This document shows, piece after piece, positions 17,529 to 26,212 of a stretch of 64,000 bases of DNA. How positions within the stretch are numbered: the stretch's first letter is position 1; each line of letters opens with the position of its first letter. The notes below the pieces were generated by a model. It did no database searches. It was not told the DNA's origin and saw only the letters and a program-made list of their open reading frames with translations. The stretch comes from Prevotella sp. (lineage in GTDB: Bacteria; Bacteroidota; Bacteroidia; Bacteroidales; Bacteroidaceae): NCBI GenBank assembly GCA_017545045.1, contig JAFYDA010000056.1, forward strand, positions 2,544 to 66,543, given 5' to 3'. The position numbers and the translations under genes were made by a program.

Positions 17529-19736
17529 ATGAAAAACCTACTCATCTTAGCCTTGATGACCCTCTGCGTTATGGGCACTCAAGCACAAACAAAGTCGTGG
17601 ACGGCCGACAATGGCAACGGCACGTTTACAAACCCCCTGTTCTATGACGAATTCAGCGACCCCGACGTCATCCGTGTGGGCGACGACTACTACTTGGCCG
17701 GTACGACCATGCACACCGTGCCCGGCCTCGTCATCCTTCACTCGAAGGACCTGGTGAACTGGGAGTTTGCCTCCTATTGCTTCGACCGCTTCGACTTTCC
17801 TGAAGACCGTTTCGCCCTGAAGAACCATCAGGAGATTTACGGACAGGGCATCTGGGCACCCGCCATCCGCTATGCCAACGGCCAGTTCTACGTCTTCTCC
17901 AACATCAACGGCAAAGGCCTGCAGTGCTACACGGCGAAGGACATCCACGGGCCGTGGACGCACCACAACATGCAGGGTAACATCTACGACCTCTCTGTGC
18001 TCTTCGACGACGACGGCAAGATCTACGCCATCCACAAGTATGGTGAAGTGCATTGCACGGAACTGAAGCCCGACATGAGCGGTCCCGTCGAGGGTACCGA
18101 CCGCGTCATCATCCCTGATGGCAACGGCGTGGGCGAGGGTCATCACATGTATAAGATCAACGGTATGTACTACCTCATTTCGACCGACTACTCGCCCAAC
18201 GGCCGCACACTCTGTTCGCGCTCAAAGAGCATTTGGGGACCCTACGAGACGCGTGTCATCGAGGCCGACGAGACTTACGGCTACCACGGCGTGGGTCGCA
18301 CAATGGTGCCCCGAGGCACGAAATACCGCATTGGTGAGGACGGCACGAAGTTTGGCGTCTCGCCAGCCAGCCCTGATGCCACGGGCTGCGACAACGCCCA
18401 TCAGGGTGGCATTGTGCAGGCCAAGGACGGCTCATGGTGGGCACTATTGATGCAGGACTTCCACTCCGTTGGCCGCACCGTCTGCCTGATGCCGATAACG
18501 TGGGAGGACGGCTGGCCGATGATAGGTCTGAAGGGCAATCCGGGGCGCGCCCCTCGCACGTGGTTCAAGCCCGACACCAAACTGGGCTGCTACGGCATTG
18601 GCGAGGAGCCTCAGCCCATGCGTGCACCCTACGACCGCAGCGACGATTTCAACGGCAAGACGCTGAAACCCATCTGGCAATGGAACCACAACCCCGAAGA
18701 AAAACTCTGGAGCCTGAAAGGTGGACGTCTGCGCATCCAGTCGCAGCCCTCTGAACAGCTGATGTGGGCTCGCAACACGCTGACGCAGCGCGTCATCGGT
18801 CCGAAGTCGATAGCCACCGTCGAACTCTATACGAAAGGCATGAAGGACGGCGATGTCTGCGGACTGGGCAACATCAACGTGCCCTGCTCGTGGATTGGTA
18901 TATGCCTCCCCCCAACCCCCTCCCAAAGAGGGGGAGCTAAATACACCCTCCGCTGCTTCGAGCAGATGACCAACGACACCGTATCCGTGCCCGTTGATTT
19001 GGTCAACGGGAAAATCTGGCTCCGCTGCATCGGCGACTACGACAACAACCAGATGCAGTATGCTTATTCTACCGACGGCGTGAACTTCCAGACGCTGGGC
19101 CGCATGATGCCGCTCACCTATCAGCTCATCACGTTCCAAGGCTCGCGTCACGCCCTCTTCGTTTATAATATAAAAGGTACGCGAGGCGGCTACGCTGAGT
19201 TCGACAACTTCACCGTCGATGAACCTTGTGCCGACCGCAGCGCTAATATCCCCTACGGTAAGACCATTCGCATCATCAACAAGGCCACGGGCCGTCCCGC
19301 AATCGCCCTGAAACACGGCGTGCTCTACGACACCCATGCCGGCGACAAGAGCGAACTGACGCAGTTCAAGGTCATCGACCGCGGACAGGGAATGGTCGCC
19401 CTGCAGTGTGCCGACGGCCGCTACGTGAAGGTCTATGGCGACGGTCTGCCCGGCGACGTGCGCTTCACCAATAGCATCACGCCCGTCGGTTTGCCCAATA
19501 CTGCGCCCGTCGGTTCACCCGACGGGAACACCCAACTCCCCTCCACCGACGACATCAACCGCACCACCTTCCTCTGGCAGGATTTCCTCGACCACGACTT
19601 CATGCTCCTGTCGCTGAAGAACCACAAGTATATGGGCAAGAGTCCCACCACCGGCAGTCCTTATTCCTGGGACTTCGCCGGCCCTGACCCCGCCCGTCGC
19701 AACGGCTCGGTGCTGATGTGGGAAGAAGTGAAGTAA
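17529..19736 (+). CDS. Glycoside hydrolase family 43 protein with C-terminal accessory domains
   Basis: Signal peptide, NPLFYDEFSDPDVIRVGDDYY, WAPAIRY, YDLSVLFDDDG, GEGHH and HQGG motifs, then beta-sandwich and trefoil-like C-terminal regions. Confidence 0.88.
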   Translation: MKNLLILALMTLCVMGTQAQTKSWTADNGNGTFTNPLFYDEFSDPDVIRVGDDYYLAGTTMHTVPGLVILHSKDLVNWEFASYCFDRFDFPEDRFALKNHQEIYGQGIWAPAIRYANGQFYVFSNINGKGLQCYTAKDIHGPWTHHNMQGNIYDLSVLFDDDGKIYAIHKYGEVHCTELKPDMSGPVEGTDRVIIPDGNGVGEGHHMYKINGMYYLISTDYSPNGRTLCSRSKSIWGPYETRVIEADETYGYHGVGRTMVPRGTKYRIGEDGTKFGVSPASPDATGCDNAHQGGIVQAKDGSWWALLMQDFHSVGRTVCLMPITWEDGWPMIGLKGNPGRAPRTWFKPDTKLGCYGIGEEPQPMRAPYDRSDDFNGKTLKPIWQWNHNPEEKLWSLKGGRLRIQSQPSEQLMWARNTLTQRVIGPKSIATVELYTKGMKDGDVCGLGNINVPCSWIGICLPPTPSQRGGAKYTLRCFEQMTNDTVSVPVDLVNGKIWLRCIGDYDNNQMQYAYSTDGVNFQTLGRMMPLTYQLITFQGSRHALFVYNIKGTRGGYAEFDNFTVDEPCADRSANIPYGKTIRIINKATGRPAIALKHGVLYDTHAGDKSELTQFKVIDRGQGMVALQCADGRYVKVYGDGLPGDVRFTNSITPVGLPNTAPVGSPDGNTQLPSTDDINRTTFLWQDFLDHDFMLLSLKNHKYMGKSPTTGSPYSWDFAGPDPARRNGSVLMWEEVK

Positions 19737-19752
19737 AACTGCGGAGCGTCAG

Positions 19753-20244
19753 TCACTCTTTGTTCTTAAGGTAATCGGCAAAGATGCGGGCGGCGCTTTC
19801 CACTTTGGCAGCACAAGGCCGTTGCTTGTAGTATTCAGCCGTCCGTTCAGAGGCGACGTAGCTCGACTGCGCCTTATTGTAGCCTTTCAGTCCTAATATC
19901 TCGGCACATATCAGGCTGCCATTCGCCTCTTTCGATTTCTCCAGAAGTTCCTGAACAACCTTGTAGCATGCCGACTTGCCTTCGCGGTCGCTGCCTTCCG
20001 TTTGGCCGCAGTCGAGACCTGTCAGCATGACGATGCCGGAGACGGCTCCGCACATCATTCGCATCCTGCCGACGCCACCGCCGAAACCGGCGGCAATCTT
20101 CTTGGCCAGCGTGTCGTCGAGTCCGTATAAGTCGGCAAATGCTGCCACTACACTCTGACAGCAGCCATAGCCGGCCATGAAGTTTTCCACGGCCTTGGCC
20201 ACTCTCGCGTCTAATTCCTGATCTGTCATCATCATGGTGTTCAT
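19753..20244 (-). CDS. C-GCAxxG-C-C family redox protein
   Basis: GYGCCQSV, GFGGGVG, MCGAVSG, LICAEIL and RPC pattern. Start uncertain (20229-20244). Confidence 0.85.
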   Translation of the reverse strand: MNTMMMTDQELDARVAKAVENFMAGYGCCQSVVAAFADLYGLDDTLAKKIAAGFGGGVGRMRMMCGAVSGIVMLTGLDCGQTEGSDREGKSACYKVVQELLEKSKEANGSLICAEILGLKGYNKAQSSYVASERTAEYYKQRPCAAKVESAARIFADYLKNKE

Positions 20245-20258
20245 ATTGGCTGTAATTA

Positions 20259-20813
20259 TCACATGGGCTGGTGCAGCTTCCGCCACTCCTTGGCACGGAC
20301 TTTAATGTTCTGCGCAAGACACTCGCTGTAGAGCCAGGGCTCGCAGCTGTGGATGTCGCCCACGTTGAGGAAGCCCCTGTATGGTGAATATTCCGAGGCA
20401 CTGTAGCCGCTGACGACGAGGACGTGGTGTGAAGGTGCGACGGTGACGGTAATCGTATCGTGGAGCGTGGCCGGAGTTGCGTCCGTCCGCCAGTTCACGG
20501 GGTTGATGCAGATGTCGGAGGCGGAGATGACGGGGATGACGTACTTCACATCCTTCACCGTGTTGTAGCAGATGGTAACGCCCGTGTCCGTCTCTCCCTC
20601 GGCAGGACGGATGTGGCTGCACTGCGCCATGTCGGCATTCGTCACCCACATTGCTGCGTCGTTATAGTCGGGTGCTTGTGGAATCAACGTTGCCTGCTCA
20701 TTCTGGCTCGCTGCATGATCATCGCTCGTACACGATGCAAATGAGGCGCTTTGCCAAAGCAGTATGGCGGTCAGAAATATAAAGAATACCTTCTGCATAT
20801 AAACTTTTCTCAT
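20259..20813 (-). pseudogene. DUF3089-like lipoprotein with an apparent large in-frame internal deletion
   Basis: Lipoprotein signal and APDY..W N-terminus join directly to the C-terminal part (DTGVTICYNT, CINPVNW, GDIH). No GxSQG-type nucleophile motif is present. Confidence 0.55.
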
Positions 20814-20814
20814 T

Positions 20815-21117
20815 TCAGTCAATTACTTCGATATAAAAACTGAACGGACGGAAGCCGTCGTTGCAGCTGATCATTGCACTCATCGGGTTCTTCATCCATC
20901 CATCGTAGAAATTGCCCTCACCTCGGGCCAGCGACTCCACAAACTCGCGCATGGAGTACCATGCCGACGGACACATTCCTTCAGGCTGCCGGCCGTCGAT
21001 GGATATCCACTGCTGGCCCTCCCTGACATCGCAGGTGTGCTCAATCGGATTCTCGTATTTCGCCATCAGATCCTCATAGACCGTCTGGCGAATGGCTGTG
21101 ATTCGTACTTTGTTCAT
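20815..21117 (-). CDS. TIGR04076 family protein
   Basis: PEGMCPSAW and ISCNDGFRP motifs in a 100-aa protein. Confidence 0.85.
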   Translation of the reverse strand: MNKVRITAIRQTVYEDLMAKYENPIEHTCDVREGQQWISIDGRQPEGMCPSAWYSMREFVESLARGEGNFYDGWMKNPMSAMISCNDGFRPFSFYIEVID

Positions 21118-21171
21118 AATTATTTAGCCATCAGCCTTGTTCCGCTTCTTTGGCATAGTTTAATGATGTTT

Positions 21172-21741
21172 TTAATCAAAGACATAGAAGCCAGCCTCTG
21201 ACGGATGGTCGAGCACTGTGCAGTTGGGATTTTCTTTCGTCATCAGCCAGGCCATCCAGATATCACCCCCCGCTGCTGCGATGAAGACGATGCTCCATAA
21301 CAACAGATAGAAGCTGCCTATAATCAGGCATATCACAGCGGGTATAATACCTAAGACTATCAACGGCATCAAGGCAGCGACAATGTAAGGACGTGGATGC
21401 ATAGGCTCGTTGCAGTGGCAGTATGGTGTCGCCATCTTCCACATTACTCCGAAACTGATGCTCTGCCAGCCACTCTGTGCAAAGCATGCCCAGGTGATGC
21501 CGTGAATCAGTTCATGCACCACAATACCTACTGCCATGAGGATCACAAACAAGCTACCACGCCAAGGGAACGTGTCAAAGAACTCTTCTACAGTTTCCCT
21601 CGACCACTGGTCGTGCCATATCAGTATGTATGGCACCAGCAAGACAATGCCGGAAACCACCATCAAAACAATCGCAAAGATATTTGCCTTTACGATGTCA
21701 ATAGTCACTCTCCTTCCATTCTCAATATTTACCTCTTTCAT
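21172..21741 (-). CDS. DUF3267 family membrane putative zinc peptidase
   Basis: HELIHG (HExxH), PYCHC and GGDI motifs with TM helices. Start at MKEVN. Confidence 0.8.
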   Translation of the reverse strand: MKEVNIENGRRVTIDIVKANIFAIVLMVVSGIVLLVPYILIWHDQWSRETVEEFFDTFPWRGSLFVILMAVGIVVHELIHGITWACFAQSGWQSISFGVMWKMATPYCHCNEPMHPRPYIVAALMPLIVLGIIPAVICLIIGSFYLLLWSIVFIAAAGGDIWMAWLMTKENPNCTVLDHPSEAGFYVFD

Positions 21742-21771
21742 GAAATATCCTGTAATACTTAATATATGTTG

Positions 21772-21819
21772 CAAAATTACTCAAATCTAATCAAATACGA
21801 ATGGAAATGTGTAACTTTG
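21772..21819. promoter_or_regulatory. Divergent -7 promoter elements (DUF3267 / nitroreductase)
   Basis: TAATTTTG on minus at 21772-21779 and TAACTTTG on plus at 21812-21819. Confidence 0.6.
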
Positions 21820-21852
21820 TGCCAGAATTTAACAAATAACAGGAAAAAGTAT

Positions 21853-22392
21853 ATGGCATTTTTAGATTTAGTGAAACAGAGATATAGCTGTAGGAGCTAT
21901 CAGGAGAAGAGTGTGGAACAGGAGAAGCTGGACTACGTGATGGAGTGCGTCCGCTTTGCGCCGTCAGCTGTGAATAAGCAACCGTGGATGTTCCGCATAG
22001 TCAAGAACGAGGCCGACAAGGCGAAGCTGCAGGAGTGCTACAACCGCGAGTGGTTCCAGACGGCTCCGATGTACATCATCTGTAGCATCCTGCACGACGA
22101 GGAGTGGGTGCGCTCGGACGGCAAGCATCATGGCGACATCGACATTGCCATTGCCGTGGAGCATCTGTGTCTGGCCGCTACGGAGCAAGGCCTCGCCACC
22201 TGCTGGGTCTGCAACTTCGATGCTGAGAAGTGCAAGCAGCTCTTCGCCATCGCTGACAGCGAAGAACCTGCCGTGTTAATCCCCATCGGTTATGCTGCCG
22301 ACGAGCCGAAGGAAAAGGGAGGAACCCGCGATGTTGATAATATCGCGGGAGGGCACCAGCGCAAGGAGATTGAGGAAATAGCTAAATATTAA
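21853..22392 (+). CDS. Nitroreductase family protein
   Basis: RYSCRSY, APSAVNKQPW, GLATCWV and IPIGY motifs. Confidence 0.9.
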   Translation: MAFLDLVKQRYSCRSYQEKSVEQEKLDYVMECVRFAPSAVNKQPWMFRIVKNEADKAKLQECYNREWFQTAPMYIICSILHDEEWVRSDGKHHGDIDIAIAVEHLCLAATEQGLATCWVCNFDAEKCKQLFAIADSEEPAVLIPIGYAADEPKEKGGTRDVDNIAGGHQRKEIEEIAKY

Positions 22393-22966
22393 GGAGTTCC
22401 TCAGCCAACGGCACATACCAGCCGCGGACTTCCTCTGCCGTCGGGGTATGACCGCCGGGGAAGTGGAACGAGCGGTTGTAATGCTGCAAGAAGAGCGGCT
22501 CAAAGTGAGCCAGCGTGTCCTGCTCGCCGAACAAGCCCCAGATACGGTCTTGTAAGTCGGGGCGGCAATTGTCAAACTGAATAGCCTCCATTTCGGCAAA
22601 CTCCTCAATCAAGGCTTCATCGATAACGAAGTTCTGCTTGCCGTCCTTTCGCGGCGACTTGTACTGATGCTCGCCGATGCGCTGCCTCAGGAACTCCGTC
22701 ATCCTGAAGTGCGGATTGCCCAACAAGGCCGGAATGCCCGCGACGGGAGCCACCATCTGAGCATAGAACGCCCCGCAGCTGTTGCCAATCAGGAGGTCAG
22801 GCTGTTCACGGTCTATCAACTCGCGGATGAATCTCACAGCCTCCTTCGGGTGCATCGGCAAGTCGGGTGTTATCACCTCCGCACGCCCCGTGAAAGCCTC
22901 GCGCAGAGCCACCGCCGGTACGCACTGGCCACTCGCATAGAATCCGTGTAGGAACAAAATCTTCAT
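22382..22966 (-). CDS. YqiA/YcfP-family alpha/beta hydrolase (esterase)
   Basis: LFLHGF, GNSCG nucleophile elbow and GGH. Confidence 0.8.
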   Translation of the reverse strand: MKILFLHGFYASGQCVPAVALREAFTGRAEVITPDLPMHPKEAVRFIRELIDREQPDLLIGNSCGAFYAQMVAPVAGIPALLGNPHFRMTEFLRQRIGEHQYKSPRKDGKQNFVIDEALIEEFAEMEAIQFDNCRPDLQDRIWGLFGEQDTLAHFEPLFLQHYNRSFHFPGGHTPTAEEVRGWYVPLAEELLNI

Positions 22967-22998
22967 AAACATGGTGCAAATTTAGAATAAAAGAGCGT

Positions 22999-23475
22999 TT
23001 AATCACAGCCTTTGCAAAATCTGTCTAATAGTGCCTGACAGCCTTCAAGAACGTCGCGCCAAGTGGCCTCGAAGTTGTCTGTGTACCAAGGGTCGGCCAC
23101 GTCACCGGGCCGTTTGGTGAAATCCATCAGCATCACTATTTTCCCTTCCGGGTCCCCACCGCAGATGTTCCGCATGTTGCGGATGTTCCACGAGTCCATG
23201 CCAATCAGCAGGTCGTAGCGGTTGTAGTCCGAGCGCGTCATCTGTCGTGCCGTCTTGCCCGCACAGCCGATGCCGTGCTCCGCCAGTTTCCGTCGGGCAG
23301 GGGGATAGACGCTGTTGCCTATCTCCTCCGTCGAGGTGGCCGCCGACTCAATCATGAAGTTGTCCTCCAACCCCACTTTCTTCACCAAGTCCTTCATCAC
23401 GAACTCCGCCATCGGGCTTCGGCAGATGTTCCCGTGGCAGACGAAAAGTATTCTATGTTTTATGTTGTTATCCAT
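22999..23475 (-). CDS. Low-molecular-weight protein-tyrosine phosphatase
   Basis: VCHGNICRSP P-loop and DPWY motif. Confidence 0.92.
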   Translation of the reverse strand: MDNNIKHRILFVCHGNICRSPMAEFVMKDLVKKVGLEDNFMIESAATSTEEIGNSVYPPARRKLAEHGIGCAGKTARQMTRSDYNRYDLLIGMDSWNIRNMRNICGGDPEGKIVMLMDFTKRPGDVADPWYTDNFEATWRDVLEGCQALLDRFCKGCD

Positions 23476-23530
23476 TTGGGGTGCAAAGGTACGAATTTTT
23501 CAGCATTTATTGCACGATTCCATGAAAAAA

Positions 23531-23657
23531 AACGCGGAGGCTCGTCACTAATTCTGCGGAGGCTTCACAGAAATTTCCCAGGCGCTGGGACAAAATTCCC
23601 ACAGCCTGGGACAAAAATCCCAGGGCCTGGGACAAACTTGCGGAGGCTCCACAGAAA
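23531..23657. repeat. Array 2 of 21-bp palindromic units (A-A-B-B-B-A)
   Basis: Units at 23531, 23553, 23574, 23595, 23616 and 23637. The B type is related to TGTCCCAGG-G-CCTGGGACA. Confidence 0.9.
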
Positions 23658-23716
23658 CCTGGGGCTTTGCCGTTGAAAAATCACGGGGCTTGGTGCGTTT
23701 GGAATATCCACAAGAA

Positions 23717-23752
23717 AATCGGCAAACAATTGAAATCAATTATTTGCCGATT
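23717..23752 (-). terminator. Hairpin 3' of tRNA-Lys
   Basis: AATCGGCAAACAATTGA-AA-TCAATTATTTGCCGATT inverted repeat with one mismatch. Confidence 0.6.
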
Positions 23753-23759
23753 ATCCTTG

Positions 23760-23832
23760 TGATCCGTTTGGGGCTCGAACCCAAGACCCCAACATTAAAA
23801 GTGTTGTGCTCTACCGACTGAGCTAACGGATC
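23760..23832 (-). tRNA. tRNA-Lys (TTT)
   Basis: GATCCGTTAGCTCAGTCGGTAGAGCACAACA-CTTTTAA-TGTTG...GGTTCGAGCC...ACGGATCA cloverleaf; promoter TACCTTTG at 23862-23869. Confidence 0.95.
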
Positions 23833-23879
23833 TACCTTGTGCTTGTTTTGAAAAGCGCCTGCAAAGGTACTAAAAAGAA

Positions 23880-23919
23880 GTGAAAAGTGAAGAGTGAAGA
23901 GTGAAAAATTTGCTGTCGC
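23880..23919 (-). repeat. Heptamer mini-element (reverse orientation)
   Basis: GTGAAAAGTGAAGAGTGAAGAGTGAAAAATTTGCTGTCGC, the reverse complement of the element at 17181. Confidence 0.8.
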
Positions 23920-23965
23920 CCTTACTTTTTTAACATCTTTTTACCTTTTCTATACATTCATCTTT

Positions 23966-24547
23966 TTATTTTTTCTCTTCTATGGCCTTGCGGTAGCACT
24001 CGCGGCAGAGAGGTTCGTATTCCTGAGTTTCGCCAAGCAGCACACGGCGGTCGTTGTCGACGGTACGGTGGCTGACGTAGGCCAGTGAGCCGCACTTGAC
24101 GCAGATGGCATGTACTTTTGTGACATCGTCGGCTATGGCACAGAGGGCTGGAATGGGGCCGAAGGGCACGCCTTTGAAGTCCATGTCGAGACCGGCGATG
24201 ATGACACGCACGCCACGGTTGGCCAGTTCGTTGCAGACATCAGGTAAGCCATTGTCGAGGAACTGTGCCTCATCGATGCCAACGACATCAATGTCTGACG
24301 ACAACAGCAGAATGCTTGCCGACGAGTCGATGGGCGTGGATGTGATGTGTTTCTGGTCGTGGCTGACGACATCTTCGTCAGAGTAGCGCGTGTCGATGGC
24401 CGGCTTGAATATTTCCACGCGCTGCTTGGCGAACTTGGCGCGACGCAGGCGGCGGATGAGTTCTTCCGTCTTTCCAGAAAACATGGAGCCGCAGATGACT
24501 TCAATACGTCCGGAACGGTGATATTCTCCGTAGATGTTGTTATTCAT
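23966..24547 (-). CDS. tdk: Thymidine kinase
   Basis: GSMFSGKT Walker A, IDEAQF, GLDMDF, and CVKC/CREC zinc site. Confidence 0.95.
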   Translation of the reverse strand: MNNNIYGEYHRSGRIEVICGSMFSGKTEELIRRLRRAKFAKQRVEIFKPAIDTRYSDEDVVSHDQKHITSTPIDSSASILLLSSDIDVVGIDEAQFLDNGLPDVCNELANRGVRVIIAGLDMDFKGVPFGPIPALCAIADDVTKVHAICVKCGSLAYVSHRTVDNDRRVLLGETQEYEPLCRECYRKAIEEKK

Positions 24548-24652
24548 AATGGGTACAAAATTACGAAAAAAAGTGAAAAGTGGAGAATGAATAGTGAAAA
24601 AAATACTACTACAGTCAATTATTTACCATTTTTTGCTATCTTTGCATCCGAA

Positions 24653-25357
24653 ATGGGAATATTGTACATTGTTCCAACGCCAGTTGGCAACATGGAGGAT
24701 ATGACACTGCGTGCCATCCGCATATTAAAAGAGGTGGATTTGGTGCTGGCAGAAGATACCCGGACTTCGGGCATCCTTTTAAAGCATTTCGATATCAAGA
24801 ATCAGCTTTTGTCACACCATAAGTTCAATGAGCATGGCACGTCGGCAGCTATTGTTAGTCGCCTGATGGCAGGTGAAGATGTGGCTCTCATCAGTGATGC
24901 GGGCACACCGGGCATTAGCGATCCAGGTTTTTTCCTGGTGCGTGAGGCGGTCAGGGCTGGCGTCGAGGTGCAGTGTCTGCCGGGTGCGACGGCCTTTGTG
25001 CCGGCTTTGGTCAGTAGCGGACTTCCGTGTGACCGTTTCGCATTCGAAGGTTTCCTGCCGCAGAAGAAAGGACGCCAGACGAAAATCCAGAGTCTGGCTA
25101 CCGAAGAGCGTACGATGATTTTCTACGAATCGCCTTACCGTTTGACAAAGACGCTGCAGCAGTTTGCTGAGGCTTACGGTGAGGACCGTCAGGTAAGTGT
25201 GTGTCGTGAAATATCAAAAGTGCATGAGGAGAGTGTACGTGGTTCGCTGGCCGAGGTGATCGCCCATTTTCAGGAGCATGAGCCCAAAGGGGAGATTGTG
25301 ATCGTGCTGGCTGGTTACGAAGAAGAAAAGAAAAATCAAAATAGTAAGAAACAATGA
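24653..25357 (+). CDS. rsmI: 16S rRNA (cytidine1402-2'-O)-methyltransferase
   Basis: LYIVPTPVGN, AEDTR, SDAGTPGISDPG and FYESPYR motifs. Start follows the TATCTTTG promoter at 24637-24644. Confidence 0.95.
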   Translation: MGILYIVPTPVGNMEDMTLRAIRILKEVDLVLAEDTRTSGILLKHFDIKNQLLSHHKFNEHGTSAAIVSRLMAGEDVALISDAGTPGISDPGFFLVREAVRAGVEVQCLPGATAFVPALVSSGLPCDRFAFEGFLPQKKGRQTKIQSLATEERTMIFYESPYRLTKTLQQFAEAYGEDRQVSVCREISKVHEESVRGSLAEVIAHFQEHEPKGEIVIVLAGYEEEKKNQNSKKQ

Positions 25358-26202
25358 AGAAATTATTTTATTTAGTCGTTTGCGTGCTGGCAGTCGTCGC
25401 TTGCAAACAGGAACGTTCCAAAACTGAGATTGAGGCTATGCAGAAAGTGGATTCACTTAGTCGTATTGTCGTCCAGAAAGACAATGAAATCAACGACATG
25501 ATGAACACCTTCGGCGAGATAGAGGAAGGCTTCCGCGAAATCAATGAGGCTCAGAACCGTGTGGCTATTGCCAAACAGGGTGAGGGTACCAGTTCGGCTC
25601 AGCGTATCCGTGAGAATATGCTGTTCATCCAGAACACGATGACGCAGAACCGTGAGCTTATCAACAAGTTGAAGCAGCAGCTTCGCGAGAGCAGCGTCAA
25701 GGGCGATGCCCTGCGTAAGCTGGTGGAGAGCATGCAGTTGCAGTTAGACGAGAAGGAACAGCAGTTGCAACAGCTTCGTGCACAGTTGGACGAGAAGGAA
25801 ATCCGTATCATGGAGCTGGACGAGAAAGTGGCCAACCTGAATGACAATGTATCAGAACTGACGACTGAGACCAAACAGCGTGCAGAGACTATTTCTGCTC
25901 AGGACAAGCAGTTGCACACGGCCTGGTTCGTCTTTGGAACGAAGAGCGAACTGAAGGAACAACAGATTCTGGTGGACGGCAAAGTGCTGCAGTCGAGCTT
26001 TAACAAGGAGTATTTCACCAAGATAGACATTCGTGTAGACAAGGAAATCAAACTCTATTCAAGCTCAGCCAAGATCCTGACATCACATCCTGCCAGTGCC
26101 TACACCTTGCAGCGTGATGCCAATAAGCAGTACGTGCTGCGCATCACTGATCCACAGCAGTTCTGGTCGACAAGCAAGTATCTGGTAGTTCTTGTTAAGT
26201 AG
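25354..26202 (+). CDS. Coiled-coil lipoprotein (Cbp1-like conserved Bacteroidales protein)
   Basis: Lipobox VVAC, long Q/E-rich coiled coil and C-terminal FWSTSKYLVV. Confidence 0.65.
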   Translation: MKKLFYLVVCVLAVVACKQERSKTEIEAMQKVDSLSRIVVQKDNEINDMMNTFGEIEEGFREINEAQNRVAIAKQGEGTSSAQRIRENMLFIQNTMTQNRELINKLKQQLRESSVKGDALRKLVESMQLQLDEKEQQLQQLRAQLDEKEIRIMELDEKVANLNDNVSELTTETKQRAETISAQDKQLHTAWFVFGTKSELKEQQILVDGKVLQSSFNKEYFTKIDIRVDKEIKLYSSSAKILTSHPASAYTLQRDANKQYVLRITDPQQFWSTSKYLVVLVK

Positions 26203-26212
26203 GAGGTGTCGG

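Noticed and set aside
23531-23657. 21-bp arrays as CRISPR arrays
   Set aside because: Units are contiguous with no unique spacers, and there are no cas genes or leader in the window.
23700-23832. tRNA-Lys 3' end as an integration site for an island
   Set aside because: No integrase and no duplicated tRNA 3' end were seen in the window.
24347-24652. Long upstream extensions of rsmI, MFS, nitroreductase, rlmN and the GT2 fusion in the ORF track
   Set aside because: They run through promoter regions or divergent genes. Downstream ATGs match the family N-termini.
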